64,000 bases of DNA from a virus, in the IMG/VR virus record IMGVR_UViG_3300050821_005065, positions 8,158-72,157 of that record; one strand, written 5' to 3'. The position numbers and the translations under genes are program-made. Of the stretch, positions 19,200 to 29,002 are shown piece after piece. The first letter of the stretch is position 1. Each line of letters begins with the position of its first letter. Below the pieces are notes generated by a model. The model did not search any database, was not told where the DNA came from, and saw nothing but the letters and a program-made list of their open reading frames with translations.

Positions 19200-19894
19200 T
19201 GTACGAAGACCGCCCCCTCAAAGACACGCCCAACTGGATCACAGACGAACTCGCGGAGTATAGCGGCCTCTCTCCAGATGGGCAACCGATCTGGCGATTA
19301 GTCCTGGCGGAAAATTGCCGGTCGCACTGCTTTGGGTCAATGAACCATATTGATCCCGCGCTGATTCAAAACATGACGGATGAGACGCGGCCGACCGACA
19401 TCGTTCCTGACCGGATCGAAGAAGGAGAATTCTGGGTTCCCAAATATCGCCAGAAGGGATGGATCTTGCAACGCTGGTTCGCGGCCTCGGCGTGGGGATC
19501 ACGAAACGATTGGGAGTCGCAGAAGGCAAAGGATGGGTGCACGCGGCTCTTGGCGTCGTTTCCTCAGCGTGGGGATTACGTGATGATGCCGTGTGGACCC
19601 TGGAACTCGTTGCCGTCGATAGGGCCGCTGAAGTATGCGATCCGGTCGTTCAACCTTCAGCAGAAAAACAATCCCGCCAACTGGTCGAACGATACTCAAG
19701 CTTACATCGCGTTTGACAACTTTGAGCGAGAGCAGGCGAAAGAAAAGTTTTCGGAAGAGTTAGAAGCCCAGTACCGAGTAGGAGTTTCGTCGATGCTGCG
19801 AACGGTCTCAGGAGCGGCGCAAAGAGTGAGAAATGAGATTTCTGCAGTGACTGCTGGTGGAGTGAATCTTGGCGGAGCTGAAAAGTGGGGATGA
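19199..19894 (+). CDS. Hypothetical protein (head-to-tail region)
   Basis: 231-aa Trp-rich ORF within the structural operon. Confidence 0.7.
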   Translation: MYEDRPLKDTPNWITDELAEYSGLSPDGQPIWRLVLAENCRSHCFGSMNHIDPALIQNMTDETRPTDIVPDRIEEGEFWVPKYRQKGWILQRWFAASAWGSRNDWESQKAKDGCTRLLASFPQRGDYVMMPCGPWNSLPSIGPLKYAIRSFNLQQKNNPANWSNDTQAYIAFDNFEREQAKEKFSEELEAQYRVGVSSMLRTVSGAAQRVRNEISAVTAGGVNLGGAEKWG

Positions 19895-20008
19895 GTCGGC
19901 GGTGGGCCACCAGGCCGCAGAGCGTCCATAACGGATCGTCTGGAGGGATTGAACCTCTTTACGCCGCCGATCAATACGAATTCTAAGTCATACCAAGGAG
20001 AACCTGCA

Positions 20009-21229
20009 ATGCCAGAAACACAACAGATAACTGAAATTCAAATTGATGAACCTGTCGTACCCGCACTGGATCTGACACGCGGCCCAGGAGAAGAGAAGTA
20101 TGGCGCAGCGTTAGGCGTCGAGCACGCCCGCCGGGAAGAATCGCGCCTTGACTTTCTAGAGCGGGAACTGGCGCGATTGCTGAATATCCCGGCTCCGCAC
20201 AAAGAGATGATCGAAGGCTTGGGAGCGAAACGGCGCAAGCAGATCATGACGGCGAAAGTGAAAGAGTTGAGAGCTCTCACCCGCAAGGTCGATGACCGCT
20301 GGGATGGGCCGTGCGCTCCGTTTACCGTGCTGAATTTCAATCCCGTGCCTTTGAAGCTGCAGGGCGTGCTCGCCGACCATAGCGTCCCGCCAGCAGGCAA
20401 AGGGAAGATCATCAAGATTCCCTACAATGGACGAACCTTCGTCGCAAGCTATGTGACCTTGTGGAACGCAAAGGTCTGGTCGGTAACGATCTCCACCGAG
20501 AGCATCAAAGGCTTTGACGAGCCGGCCATCCGCGCCGATTATCTTCCAACCAAAGGCATCGCCCACCAGTTCTACTCGCACTATGTCGAGGGAGCGATGG
20601 ATGCCCTAGGCATGGGCGGAATCGTGATCTTCGATGGAGATATTTACACCATCGCCGATAAAAAGAAACTGGAGAAAGCCAACGGCATGATCCGGGTGCC
20701 GCGGATTGATCAAGAATTAAGCACGCAAGATACCGTGGAATATACGTGCGACGAGCGGGCCTTCATTGAAGACGTGCTTGCCTCATCCTTGCGGCGCCAG
20801 AAAGCCTATGCGGAATCGGTAATCGTCGAAGGTCACGGCTTTGCCAACAGCCAAGCCGACGATATCAGAAACCAACTCGCGCCCAATCATCACATCTTGT
20901 GGCACAACTGGGCAATTCAAATGAACTACAAGACGGTGCCGGAAAAATGGGCCTCCGACCAATTGAGCGATACGCCGGATACGAAAGCGGTGAATTGTCC
21001 GGGATGCGGAACCCGTCAACCAACCGGGAATCCGCCGTTCTGCCCGAAGTGCAATGCACCGTTTAACGCCTTTCAATCGTTCATGGCGGGACTACCCGTT
21101 CCCGACGCATGGCTTGAGATGTACGAAGGCGAACAGTGGGAACAAATCGTTGCCGAAAAGTCGCGGCGCCGCGCGAAGCGGGCGCAACTCGACGGCGAAC
21201 CCAAGGCAGAGAAGGGAAAAGCCAAGTAG
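20009..21229 (+). CDS. Hypothetical protein with C-terminal zinc ribbon
   Basis: AAGGAG RBS before ATG 20009; CPGCG...CPKC. Confidence 0.7.
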   Translation: MPETQQITEIQIDEPVVPALDLTRGPGEEKYGAALGVEHARREESRLDFLERELARLLNIPAPHKEMIEGLGAKRRKQIMTAKVKELRALTRKVDDRWDGPCAPFTVLNFNPVPLKLQGVLADHSVPPAGKGKIIKIPYNGRTFVASYVTLWNAKVWSVTISTESIKGFDEPAIRADYLPTKGIAHQFYSHYVEGAMDALGMGGIVIFDGDIYTIADKKKLEKANGMIRVPRIDQELSTQDTVEYTCDERAFIEDVLASSLRRQKAYAESVIVEGHGFANSQADDIRNQLAPNHHILWHNWAIQMNYKTVPEKWASDQLSDTPDTKAVNCPGCGTRQPTGNPPFCPKCNAPFNAFQSFMAGLPVPDAWLEMYEGEQWEQIVAEKSRRRAKRAQLDGEPKAEKGKAK

Positions 21230-21382
21230 CTAAATGTTCTGTTCGCAGGGCACGATCATTCGGCAAACCGGACACCAATACAGCCATGCGAATAACGGTT
21301 CTGGCAATGGCGGAACGATAACATCGGCAGCATGGGGAAGTTCTTTCGTAAGTTCCCCAATTTTACAAACAAGGCAGATCAT
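21230..21382 (-). CDS. Small antisense zinc-finger-like protein (50 aa)
   Basis: MICLVCKIGELTKE...WLYWCPVCRMIVPCEQNI; fills most of the intergenic gap; TGcTATACT extended -10 lies 8 nt upstream. Confidence 0.55.
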   Translation of the reverse strand: MICLVCKIGELTKELPHAADVIVPPLPEPLFAWLYWCPVCRMIVPCEQNI

Positions 21383-21411
21383 AGCCAGAGAGTATAGCAC
21401 CTAGAACCTAA

Positions 21412-22203
21412 ATGCCTCCGCAAGCCACGCCATTGCCGAATACGCTGGGAGATGTGGTATCCCGCTGCCAATCTTTGTTGGCTGGGAATACATCTTCAGT
21501 AGGTCTCTACCAAAGACCCTACTTAGTCCCATTTATCCAGCAAGCGTATGAGGACATGGCGTCCGTAATCAAGCTGGCCTCGGGCAAGAATTTTGAGATG
21601 AACATCCAATTACTCAACGTTCCCATCGGGCAAAACAGCTTATACCCATACCAGAGCGCGCAGTACAAAGATCCCAACACTCCGAATAGTCCGGCTACCC
21701 TTGGGCCGCTGTTCGGGTTGTACGATCCTTTGCGACTCTGGGCGAAAACTACAGGTGCGCTGCCGCAATACTGGACACGCTGCAACGGGCCGATTGACAA
21801 CCTGCCGTTCGTGAATCCTCCAGGGATCACGCCGGGTTCATTCTCGACCACAATGTTTTGGACCTGGCTGGGGAATCAACTGCTCGTCACGCCGGTCGCC
21901 AGCGCGATCGACATACAGGTCTATGGGCGATTTGATCCGCCGCCGCTGCAGAAGGATGAAGATAAACTCCTGCTCTATCCGAGGATGACGGCAGCTTTGG
22001 CTTATAGCGCTTCCGCCCTCACCGCGGTGGAACGGTCGAATCCCCAAATCCTGCAAGGCTATGCCGTTCGTGGGGAAGCGATGGTCGATAACATCGTCGC
22101 CGACATCATCAAGCAGACACAACGCTATCCCCGAAGATTGGCGAAGATGGGCGGCTCGAACGGGAACTTCTGGGGATGGGGCTGCGGCAGTTTTAGCAAT
22201 TAA
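21412..22203 (+). CDS. Head-tail adaptor-like protein
   Basis: Position and pattern (TLGDVVSR helical N-terminus, beta middle, helical C-terminus). Confidence 0.6.
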   Translation: MPPQATPLPNTLGDVVSRCQSLLAGNTSSVGLYQRPYLVPFIQQAYEDMASVIKLASGKNFEMNIQLLNVPIGQNSLYPYQSAQYKDPNTPNSPATLGPLFGLYDPLRLWAKTTGALPQYWTRCNGPIDNLPFVNPPGITPGSFSTTMFWTWLGNQLLVTPVASAIDIQVYGRFDPPPLQKDEDKLLLYPRMTAALAYSASALTAVERSNPQILQGYAVRGEAMVDNIVADIIKQTQRYPRRLAKMGGSNGNFWGWGCGSFSN

Positions 22204-22223
22204 ATTCTGAGAGGAGAAATCAC

Positions 22224-22622
22224 ATGGCAGTCGCACTAGCATTTCTTAAACAAACCGAGTTCAACAATCCTGGGGCATTCCTGGTTCGGGCAACACTTAC
22301 GGGAAATTATGGCACGAATGGTGTCGGTGACTTACTCAACCTTGCCCCTTATCAAGTAGGCACCAATCCCGGCGGAATCACAGACCCAAATTCCACCTAC
22401 GATGAAATCCTGGGCACGCCTACGAGCGCGATTGGTCCATTCAATACCAACCTTGGTGGTTCGACTGTCGCCATCAAGCCGGGTTCGCCGGTCACTTTGA
22501 CAAACGTGGGCCTGCAGGTATTTGAGCCTGGTGGAGCGGAAAAGGCGACTGGAGCGGCTTATACCGCAGCGGAATTGGCGGGATATGTCGATCTGATCAT
22601 CGAAATTCCGAAATATCAGTAA
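22224..22622 (+). CDS. Virion structural protein
   Basis: GAGGAG RBS; G/T/N-rich beta protein. Confidence 0.6.
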   Translation: MAVALAFLKQTEFNNPGAFLVRATLTGNYGTNGVGDLLNLAPYQVGTNPGGITDPNSTYDEILGTPTSAIGPFNTNLGGSTVAIKPGSPVTLTNVGLQVFEPGGAEKATGAAYTAAELAGYVDLIIEIPKYQ

Positions 22623-22644
22623 GTCGAAAATAGGGGGGTTCTAA

Positions 22645-25600
22645 TTGATCTGGTTCGGGAAACCTGTTCCGCAGAATCGGATGTTGGGACAGGTCGATAG
22701 TGACGATCCCACCAACCTTCCGGCTGGTCTCGCCTCGCTTGCCAAGAACTTTGAGTGGACGCGGGATACAGCCGGGCCAACATGCGCTAACTCTCGCTGC
22801 GGTTGCAACACCGCCATGCAATGCCTCGACCATGCCGCGCCTGTAACTGGCTTGCTCGGCTTTGTCTATTCTCCAGAATCGGCCAGCGATCCGTTCTTTC
22901 AACTTCCACTAGCTTTTCAACCGACCGAAGGCTCGCAGTACGAATCTCCAGTCGGCACAGGCCGCATGGTAGCCTTCCCGCCGACAAACTTTCAGGAACC
23001 ATCCCTCGCCAGTCTCGGCGTTCCTCCCCATGTGATATCCGCCAGCGCAGGGAATCGAGTCTTCCAAGCGTATAGCGACTTGAGTATCCCAGCCGGCGGA
23101 TTGGCGAACCTTGATCCCAAAGCGAAGACCATGAACCCGTATGGGATGAAACCAGTCGGATTCTATTGGGTTCCAAACACTCCAGTCTTGCAAGGAGAAA
23201 TCTGCTGCCCGCCGACTCCGACCACTGGAAACGGCCATACCTACCAAGCGCAGAACTCAGGCACCACCGGAGCGAACGCACCTATCTTCCCCACGGGAGA
23301 ATCCGCGACTGTCAACGACAACGGCATCATCTGGAAAGAAAATACGATGGTGATTGCCAACCGCCTGCCACCTCCCGATGAGGCACAATTCATCGTAATC
23401 AATAGCGGCGGAACCATCCCGGCGAACATCCGTGTCTATGCGGTCATCACATTTCTCAACTCTATCGGTGAGACATTGCCGTCGCTTCCACACTTCATCG
23501 CGACCGTGGTCAACAATTCGCAGGTGAAAATCGAGGTGCCGTCGCTCGCGCAATTGCCCGCATGGATACGAAATCTTCCATCCCAATATGTTCCAACCCA
23601 GGCAAATGTCTACGCCCAGGAAACCGGCATCGCCTCACCCGCGCCAGCACTTTCTACCTATTATCAGCTAGGAGGGTCGGTTGCCCTTGGATCAACTGTT
23701 AATTTCGTTCCCGGAAGCGGTACAGCTCCGCCCGTCTCGAATACCGCAAGAATTACTCCAGGGCAGTTGCCGACTCCGACCGTTGAACCTGAGATGCAAG
23801 TTTCTCCTGCGGGCTCCGTCGTTACTCCTCCCAGCCTGCCTACTATTTCCTTGGCGCCCAGCGCGGGAAGCGCATTTACCGCAGGCCAAGTCATCGACGT
23901 AGCTTTAACCTTGGTCAACGCGAATGGAGAAACCACCAGAGGCCCAGCTCCACCGATCAAAATTATCAACAATGGCGATGGCATCTTAGTTTCTTTGGCT
24001 GCGAGTTATGGGCCCACGGTGACCGGAGTCAACATCTACCTCTCGACCAATGGATTTTCCGCTGGGACTGGATCCTTGGAATCCGGTTCGCCGTTTGCGG
24101 TGGGATCTGTAACAACGTTGTTAGCTTTTGGGCCGTCCACGACATTGCCGACGACGAACACGGCAACGCTCCCCTTAGGAACGTTCCCTGCAGGCCGTGA
24201 TGTATACGTCGCGCAAACTTATACCAATGCGAGTGGGGAAACTCCGCTCGGGCCAGCTAACTTCATCCTCAATACCGCTGCCGACGACTCTATTTTAGTG
24301 ACGGTCGCGGTTCCACTCGGACCGGACAACGAGCAACTTTACACGATCACCAGCGTGGGAATTTATGAAGCGGATGTAGCCACAGGAACTGCTGCGCCAG
24401 CGCCATCCGCTTTTGCCTTGGTCGGCTATTACCAACCGGGAAATCAGCCTTTCATCTTGAATACAGCAACGGGACCGAATCCGCCCATCACGAATACCAC
24501 GGGCCCAGGCGGCGCGATTGTGGCGGATACCGCGACTGGGGGAGCCAACGGAGGGCAAGGCTATCGCTATGCCGCCTTTGGCTGGATCAACCAAATGGAA
24601 ACTTTCTCTGGCTTCACTCTGGCAAGCGTAGTGAAAACCATCATTGATGAAGACGGCTGGGAGATTGGAGCGTTCAACGTCCCCACAGGAATGCCGAATG
24701 TAGTTGGGAGATACGTCCCCTTCTCAGGCGCCGACGGATCACAGGCAGGGCCATTCAACTGGATTGGGTTAGTGAATCTCATTGTCCCCTCACAGAACGT
24801 TGTCTTCCCGATGCAGACCTTGATCGACACGGTTCTGCAGAGCGCCACAGTATTTCTCGACAACGTGACCACGCAGGGAACCTTCAACTTCACCGATACC
24901 TATTTGCAGTCGGCTAACAATGTCGATGACCGGTTGCAACTCGCGATTCCGCCGCAGGGCGTGCGCGTGGATTATCTTGAGAGTGTAGATCGGCTGGCTA
25001 TCACTGGGGTGCCGGGATTCGCCAGCGGGCCGTGGATCAGCCTCGCGGAAGACTACGAAAGTTTCTATGGCGCGCTCAGTCCGGTTCCTGTCACCACGAC
25101 TGGTGAGCGATGTTTCGGAGTGACCGACAAATACAAAGGCATCGTCTTCGCCTTGATGGAAGAGAGCGGTTTCGTACTCAATGCGAATACCGGAGCCCCG
25201 GCAAGCTGGGCCGCAACCCGGCGCTGGCAGGGTATGGGGCCGTGCGGCTTTCGGGCGTGGGACGCGAACGGCAAATTCATCATCTTCGCGCACCGCTCGG
25301 GGCTTTACAAATATGACGAGTCCGACCCCGACATGATGCAGAAGGAAATCCCGAAACTCTGGTCCACGATCAACTGGGCCGCGGGTGAAACCATCTGCGT
25401 CTACATCGACGAAGATACCCATACGGTGCATTGCTTAGCGCCCACGGGAGCCAGTACAGTACCCAATCAGGACTTTGTTTTAAGCTATATCGAAGGCTGG
25501 AACAATCCGATCCACTTCTCAACCTTCTCGGGAAAAGAAATCTCGATGGATGCAGCGCGCCGCTGGTCACCGCATGACCGAGCAGCCTTCGTCGTGTTGC

Positions 25601-26139
25601 GCATGAAACGCACACTGCCACCGGGTGGGAACCAGTTCATTGACGGCCCCACTTTCGAGACGTTGCCGGACTCCAGCTTTCTTTTGACGCAACTCTTATT
25701 CGCTTCGAGCGCAAACGATGGCACAGTGCAAGCGCGGACTCCGGGAATCTTCTCCGACAACGGCGGATACATTGACTGGCAATACGAGACCATGAGTTCT
25801 GGAATGATGCAGGCAGTGTGCAAGCCAGAGGGGTTCAACCTGAACGCCACGGGATCAGGGGTGATGATCGCTTCGTTTATCGCCAGTCGAGAACAGGTGA
25901 CCGATGAAGGCGGAGAACAAAAGCTGATTATCGAAGAGGAGGAAGTCGAAGTCGATCCCATTCCTTTGAGTCCGAAGCAGGTATCTGGGATCACGCGCAA
26001 GTGCAATCAGTCGGCGGTGAATGAGTTTTGGAGAATGAGGTTTCGAGGGGACCGGCAGCCGGGGACGTGGGTGAGTTTGAAGATTGTAACCCCCTATGTA
26101 ATTCCTGTTACGCCGGGAAGGGATGCCGGGGACCGATGA
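22645..26139 (+). CDS. Tail nozzle / DNA-stabilisation-like protein with inserted beta-sandwich repeats
   Basis: 1164 aa after the adaptor; propeller-like C-terminal half (GPCGFRAW..FIIFAHRSGLYKYD); three N..GET..P modules. Confidence 0.6.
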   Translation: MIWFGKPVPQNRMLGQVDSDDPTNLPAGLASLAKNFEWTRDTAGPTCANSRCGCNTAMQCLDHAAPVTGLLGFVYSPESASDPFFQLPLAFQPTEGSQYESPVGTGRMVAFPPTNFQEPSLASLGVPPHVISASAGNRVFQAYSDLSIPAGGLANLDPKAKTMNPYGMKPVGFYWVPNTPVLQGEICCPPTPTTGNGHTYQAQNSGTTGANAPIFPTGESATVNDNGIIWKENTMVIANRLPPPDEAQFIVINSGGTIPANIRVYAVITFLNSIGETLPSLPHFIATVVNNSQVKIEVPSLAQLPAWIRNLPSQYVPTQANVYAQETGIASPAPALSTYYQLGGSVALGSTVNFVPGSGTAPPVSNTARITPGQLPTPTVEPEMQVSPAGSVVTPPSLPTISLAPSAGSAFTAGQVIDVALTLVNANGETTRGPAPPIKIINNGDGILVSLAASYGPTVTGVNIYLSTNGFSAGTGSLESGSPFAVGSVTTLLAFGPSTTLPTTNTATLPLGTFPAGRDVYVAQTYTNASGETPLGPANFILNTAADDSILVTVAVPLGPDNEQLYTITSVGIYEADVATGTAAPAPSAFALVGYYQPGNQPFILNTATGPNPPITNTTGPGGAIVADTATGGANGGQGYRYAAFGWINQMETFSGFTLASVVKTIIDEDGWEIGAFNVPTGMPNVVGRYVPFSGADGSQAGPFNWIGLVNLIVPSQNVVFPMQTLIDTVLQSATVFLDNVTTQGTFNFTDTYLQSANNVDDRLQLAIPPQGVRVDYLESVDRLAITGVPGFASGPWISLAEDYESFYGALSPVPVTTTGERCFGVTDKYKGIVFALMEESGFVLNANTGAPASWAATRRWQGMGPCGFRAWDANGKFIIFAHRSGLYKYDESDPDMMQKEIPKLWSTINWAAGETICVYIDEDTHTVHCLAPTGASTVPNQDFVLSYIEGWNNPIHFSTFSGKEISMDAARRWSPHDRAAFVVLRMKRTLPPGGNQFIDGPTFETLPDSSFLLTQLLFASSANDGTVQARTPGIFSDNGGYIDWQYETMSSGMMQAVCKPEGFNLNATGSGVMIASFIASREQVTDEGGEQKLIIEEEEVEVDPIPLSPKQVSGITRKCNQSAVNEFWRMRFRGDRQPGTWVSLKIVTPYVIPVTPGRDAGDR

Positions 26140-26537
26140 GCAACCACGCCAACTTGGGATTGATCGTAGAGAGGGAAGAGGCACTTGGCTTCCTCGATAC
26201 TGATTTCTTTGACGCGGGAAACATAGTCGCAGGGCTTCTTCTGGTAGAACGGCCACATCTCCAATCGGTGTTGGGAAATAATTGTTTCACCAATGGAGTC
26301 AACCTGCCAGATGCCTTCCTTCCCGAGATGGATGACCGTCTGCTTAACTTCGACACGCTGTATTCCCATGAAATCCCCAACGTGCTTTCCGTCTTCCCAA
26401 TAGGGAAGACCAGCGAGGGACAGTTCGGGCACAACGATTTCTTTTGGAAAGAAATAAGTGCGGAACGGCCAAGTTCTTACCGCGGCAGAAGCGGCTACTC
26501 CACCGACCAAGGTACGCAGGAAGTTTCTACGATTCAT
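26094..26537 (-). CDS. Antisense protein with twin-arginine-like N-terminus
   Basis: MNRRNFLRTLVGGVAASAA; TAGACT -10 lies 7 nt upstream of the ATG. Confidence 0.6.
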   Translation of the reverse strand: MNRRNFLRTLVGGVAASAAVRTWPFRTYFFPKEIVVPELSLAGLPYWEDGKHVGDFMGIQRVEVKQTVIHLGKEGIWQVDSIGETIISQHRLEMWPFYQKKPCDYVSRVKEISIEEAKCLFPLYDQSQVGVVAHRSPASLPGVTGIT

Positions 26538-26555
26538 GCCGCATAGTCTACTCTC

Positions 26556-26825
26556 ATGAGGATCAAGATGCCAAGAGATTTTGTGTTTATTGACTACGCT
26601 TACGCTGCTCGTACTGCACTGGCTGTTTGTTATCGGCGAGACCGCAAAGGCGAGTTAACCATATGTGGCATGATCGAAGAAAGCCGAATGCCAGCTAAGG
26701 CGTTCGCGGAGCGCGTACGGCGCGCATTCGGCGATAGCGACTACTATATTTCTCCCGCAACCTTTCAAAATGTAGGAAATGGACGATCCGTCGGCGCGAT
26801 TATTCACGACGCTCTACTCTCATGA
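26556..26825 (+). CDS. Hypothetical protein
   Basis: ATGA overlap with the next gene. Confidence 0.45.
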   Translation: MRIKMPRDFVFIDYAYAARTALAVCYRRDRKGELTICGMIEESRMPAKAFAERVRRAFGDSDYYISPATFQNVGNGRSVGAIIHDALLS

Positions 26826-27661
26826 GTCAAACCATTCAAGGCAACCAACTCGCGCTCATCGAAAGCTTCGTCCGCACCTTGGCACCATCTGCCCGAGACG
26901 ATGCGCGGCAATTGCTGGTCAATCTCTACGACAACCTCACCGCACTTTCCCCCGGCGGGAACTTGATCCGTATCGGAGGAGTGCAAGAAAACGCCAGTCA
27001 GCCGCCTTCAGGAGTGGTTCATTCCGTCAGTGCAGCCAATGGAGTCGCCACAGTTAATATCACGAATCCTCCAACACCAGGTGGCACGCAAATCTGGCAC
27101 CGGATCAGCTATTCCCCACTGAAAAGCTTTACCCAGAACGTGACGACGCTGGAGCCGACGACCGCAACCTCCGTGACCATCCCGCAGTCGGGAGTCAGCA
27201 CGTTTTATCAACTGGAATCTTCCTTCGATAAGAAAACCTGGTCAAAAGCAACGCTATCCTCGACTGAGACCATTGACGCTGGCTTAGTTGCCTCGCAAGC
27301 GATTGAACCCGCCGCAGTGTTCAATCAGAGCAATTTTGCCTTCGTGAATTCGCAGGCGACTGGATCGGGCGCAACCGTAACCGTGAATGGATCTGGTGGA
27401 ACCTTTAGCCCTTACACTGCGGTCAAGGGCAATCAAACTTTCCTGAGACCATCCGCCACGATTGTAGGAGTAGAACTCGGAGCCAATCAGTTTGTGGGCT
27501 ACGACCCGAAAGCGAAACAGTTTCAACTACTCCCGACTCTCGCGGGAGTGTTACCTGACAACTTAGAGCCTGTGGGCTATGTGCAAGCGGGAAGCAGCAC
27601 ACCGGGCGGTGGAGGAACGACTGGTGGGAATGGTGGGAGATTGAGCGCGGTGCAAGTATGA
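26822..27661 (+). CDS. Virion tail-associated protein
   Basis: Helical N-terminus followed by G/T/S-rich beta domains; lies in the tail module. Confidence 0.65.
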   Translation: MSQTIQGNQLALIESFVRTLAPSARDDARQLLVNLYDNLTALSPGGNLIRIGGVQENASQPPSGVVHSVSAANGVATVNITNPPTPGGTQIWHRISYSPLKSFTQNVTTLEPTTATSVTIPQSGVSTFYQLESSFDKKTWSKATLSSTETIDAGLVASQAIEPAAVFNQSNFAFVNSQATGSGATVTVNGSGGTFSPYTAVKGNQTFLRPSATIVGVELGANQFVGYDPKAKQFQLLPTLAGVLPDNLEPVGYVQAGSSTPGGGGTTGGNGGRLSAVQV

Positions 27662-27942
27662 GTTGGGCGATCCACGACGAATTTGTTGACTTCGGAAACT
27701 TCCGGCATACGGTCATTTTCAAGAACCGGGATACTGGAGCCGAACACCATTTGATCCATGAATTTAAGTTGCACTCCTGCCCGCACTGCGGAGTAGTGAA
27801 AACACAACCGAACGGAGAGCCCATCGACTTCGCGCTGCTCAAAGCGGAAACTCTTGCCGCGCTACAGGCCCATCATAAAACCGTTTTGCAGTACGGAGAA
27901 AAGCACGTCAATATCCGCCGGGGAAGCGAACGCAAGAAGTGA
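27658..27942 (+). CDS. Hypothetical protein (CPHC)
   Basis: Translationally coupled ORF. Confidence 0.6.
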   Translation: MSWAIHDEFVDFGNFRHTVIFKNRDTGAEHHLIHEFKLHSCPHCGVVKTQPNGEPIDFALLKAETLAALQAHHKTVLQYGEKHVNIRRGSERKK

Positions 27943-28415
27943 GAACCGAGTTGAGGCAAATGACTCCCGCGGATGTGCCCGCGGTGCTGGAGAAACTTCG
28001 GGAGCAAAATGAAAGAGACGGAACCAGTTATGCCATGCCACTGGTCTTTGATCAGGACGGGAAAAGGCTGGCGCGAATTGAGCTGGCATTGGTTGCGGTG
28101 GATGAGGAAACTGGCCAAGTGGAGCAGGGTCATGTGTGGGAGCGTACGGTAGAACAGACGACCTATGGCATCTCGAAAGAAGCCACCGTTTGCAGTATGC
28201 ACGAACAGGATGCGGTGCTGTATCTTTTGCGGGAGCGCGGCTACACCGACATGCATATCTTTGTCCCACAAGAGCGCGTGAAGCAGATGCAGCACGGCCT
28301 CGAAAAGATTTACGGGATGAGCGCCACCGGACTAACACACTTCTATCGAATGCTGGACCCCTCGGAGAACGAGGCGTTACGCCAATTTTACCAAGAACGC
28401 GAGGTCACAGCATGA
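27939..28415 (+). CDS. GNAT-fold-like protein
   Basis: LRQMTPADVPAV N-terminus typical of GNATs; sits just before the ejection proteins, as in many podoviruses. Confidence 0.5.
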   Translation: MRTELRQMTPADVPAVLEKLREQNERDGTSYAMPLVFDQDGKRLARIELALVAVDEETGQVEQGHVWERTVEQTTYGISKEATVCSMHEQDAVLYLLRERGYTDMHIFVPQERVKQMQHGLEKIYGMSATGLTHFYRMLDPSENEALRQFYQEREVTA

Positions 28416-29002
28416 GTCGCGGCCAACAGGGTCAAGTGTTTCAGACCGGACAGCAGGAGAACAAAAACTTCACGACCGGCGCCAATACTGATTTCGATCT
28501 CGCACAGCAGGATGTAAACTCATTCGCCAATCAAGTAGGACAATTCCGCGCAGCCAATCCCTTTGTGCAAGGCGGCCAAGTGCAGACCGCCGAGAATCAA
28601 GCTATCGCCGATACTGCTGGAGCAGGCGGGGAAGCTCTTGGACAAACTTTGCAGAGTGCTGCGGTGCGAGGCGGCCAGAATCCGAATGCTGCCATCGCCG
28701 CGACGGAAGATCAAGCCACGAAGAATATGCGGGATGTTTCCGCACAGGAAGCCAATGCCACATTAGGCCGTGCTACGGCTGGAGCTGGATACGGAGAAAC
28801 CGCACTCGGGGAAACCGGGAAAGTTGCCGGGTTACAGGACACTCTTGCGGAACAACAAGGCCAGCTTGCCCAAGGAGCCCTTGGCACGGAAGAACAGGCA
28901 GCCCAGCAACCGAGTTTTGGCGATATCTTCGGTAGTGCCTTCGGCCAGCAGTTAGGAAAGGGTCTCGCAGGCGGAAACTTCCAGGTGAACGCCAATGTCT
29001 AA
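28412..29002 (+). CDS. Internal virion (ejection) protein
   Basis: Q/A/G-rich helical protein (MSRGQQGQ...); context. Confidence 0.6.
   Translation: MSRGQQGQVFQTGQQENKNFTTGANTDFDLAQQDVNSFANQVGQFRAANPFVQGGQVQTAENQAIADTAGAGGEALGQTLQSAAVRGGQNPNAAIAATEDQATKNMRDVSAQEANATLGRATAGAGYGETALGETGKVAGLQDTLAEQQGQLAQGALGTEEQAAQQPSFGDIFGSAFGQQLGKGLAGGNFQVNANV

Noticed and set aside
26028-26546. 172-aa plus-strand ORF opposite the twin-arginine gene
   Set aside because: Overlaps the tail gene end and lacks an RBS; the minus-strand ORF has a promoter and a recognisable N-terminus. Not fully excluded.
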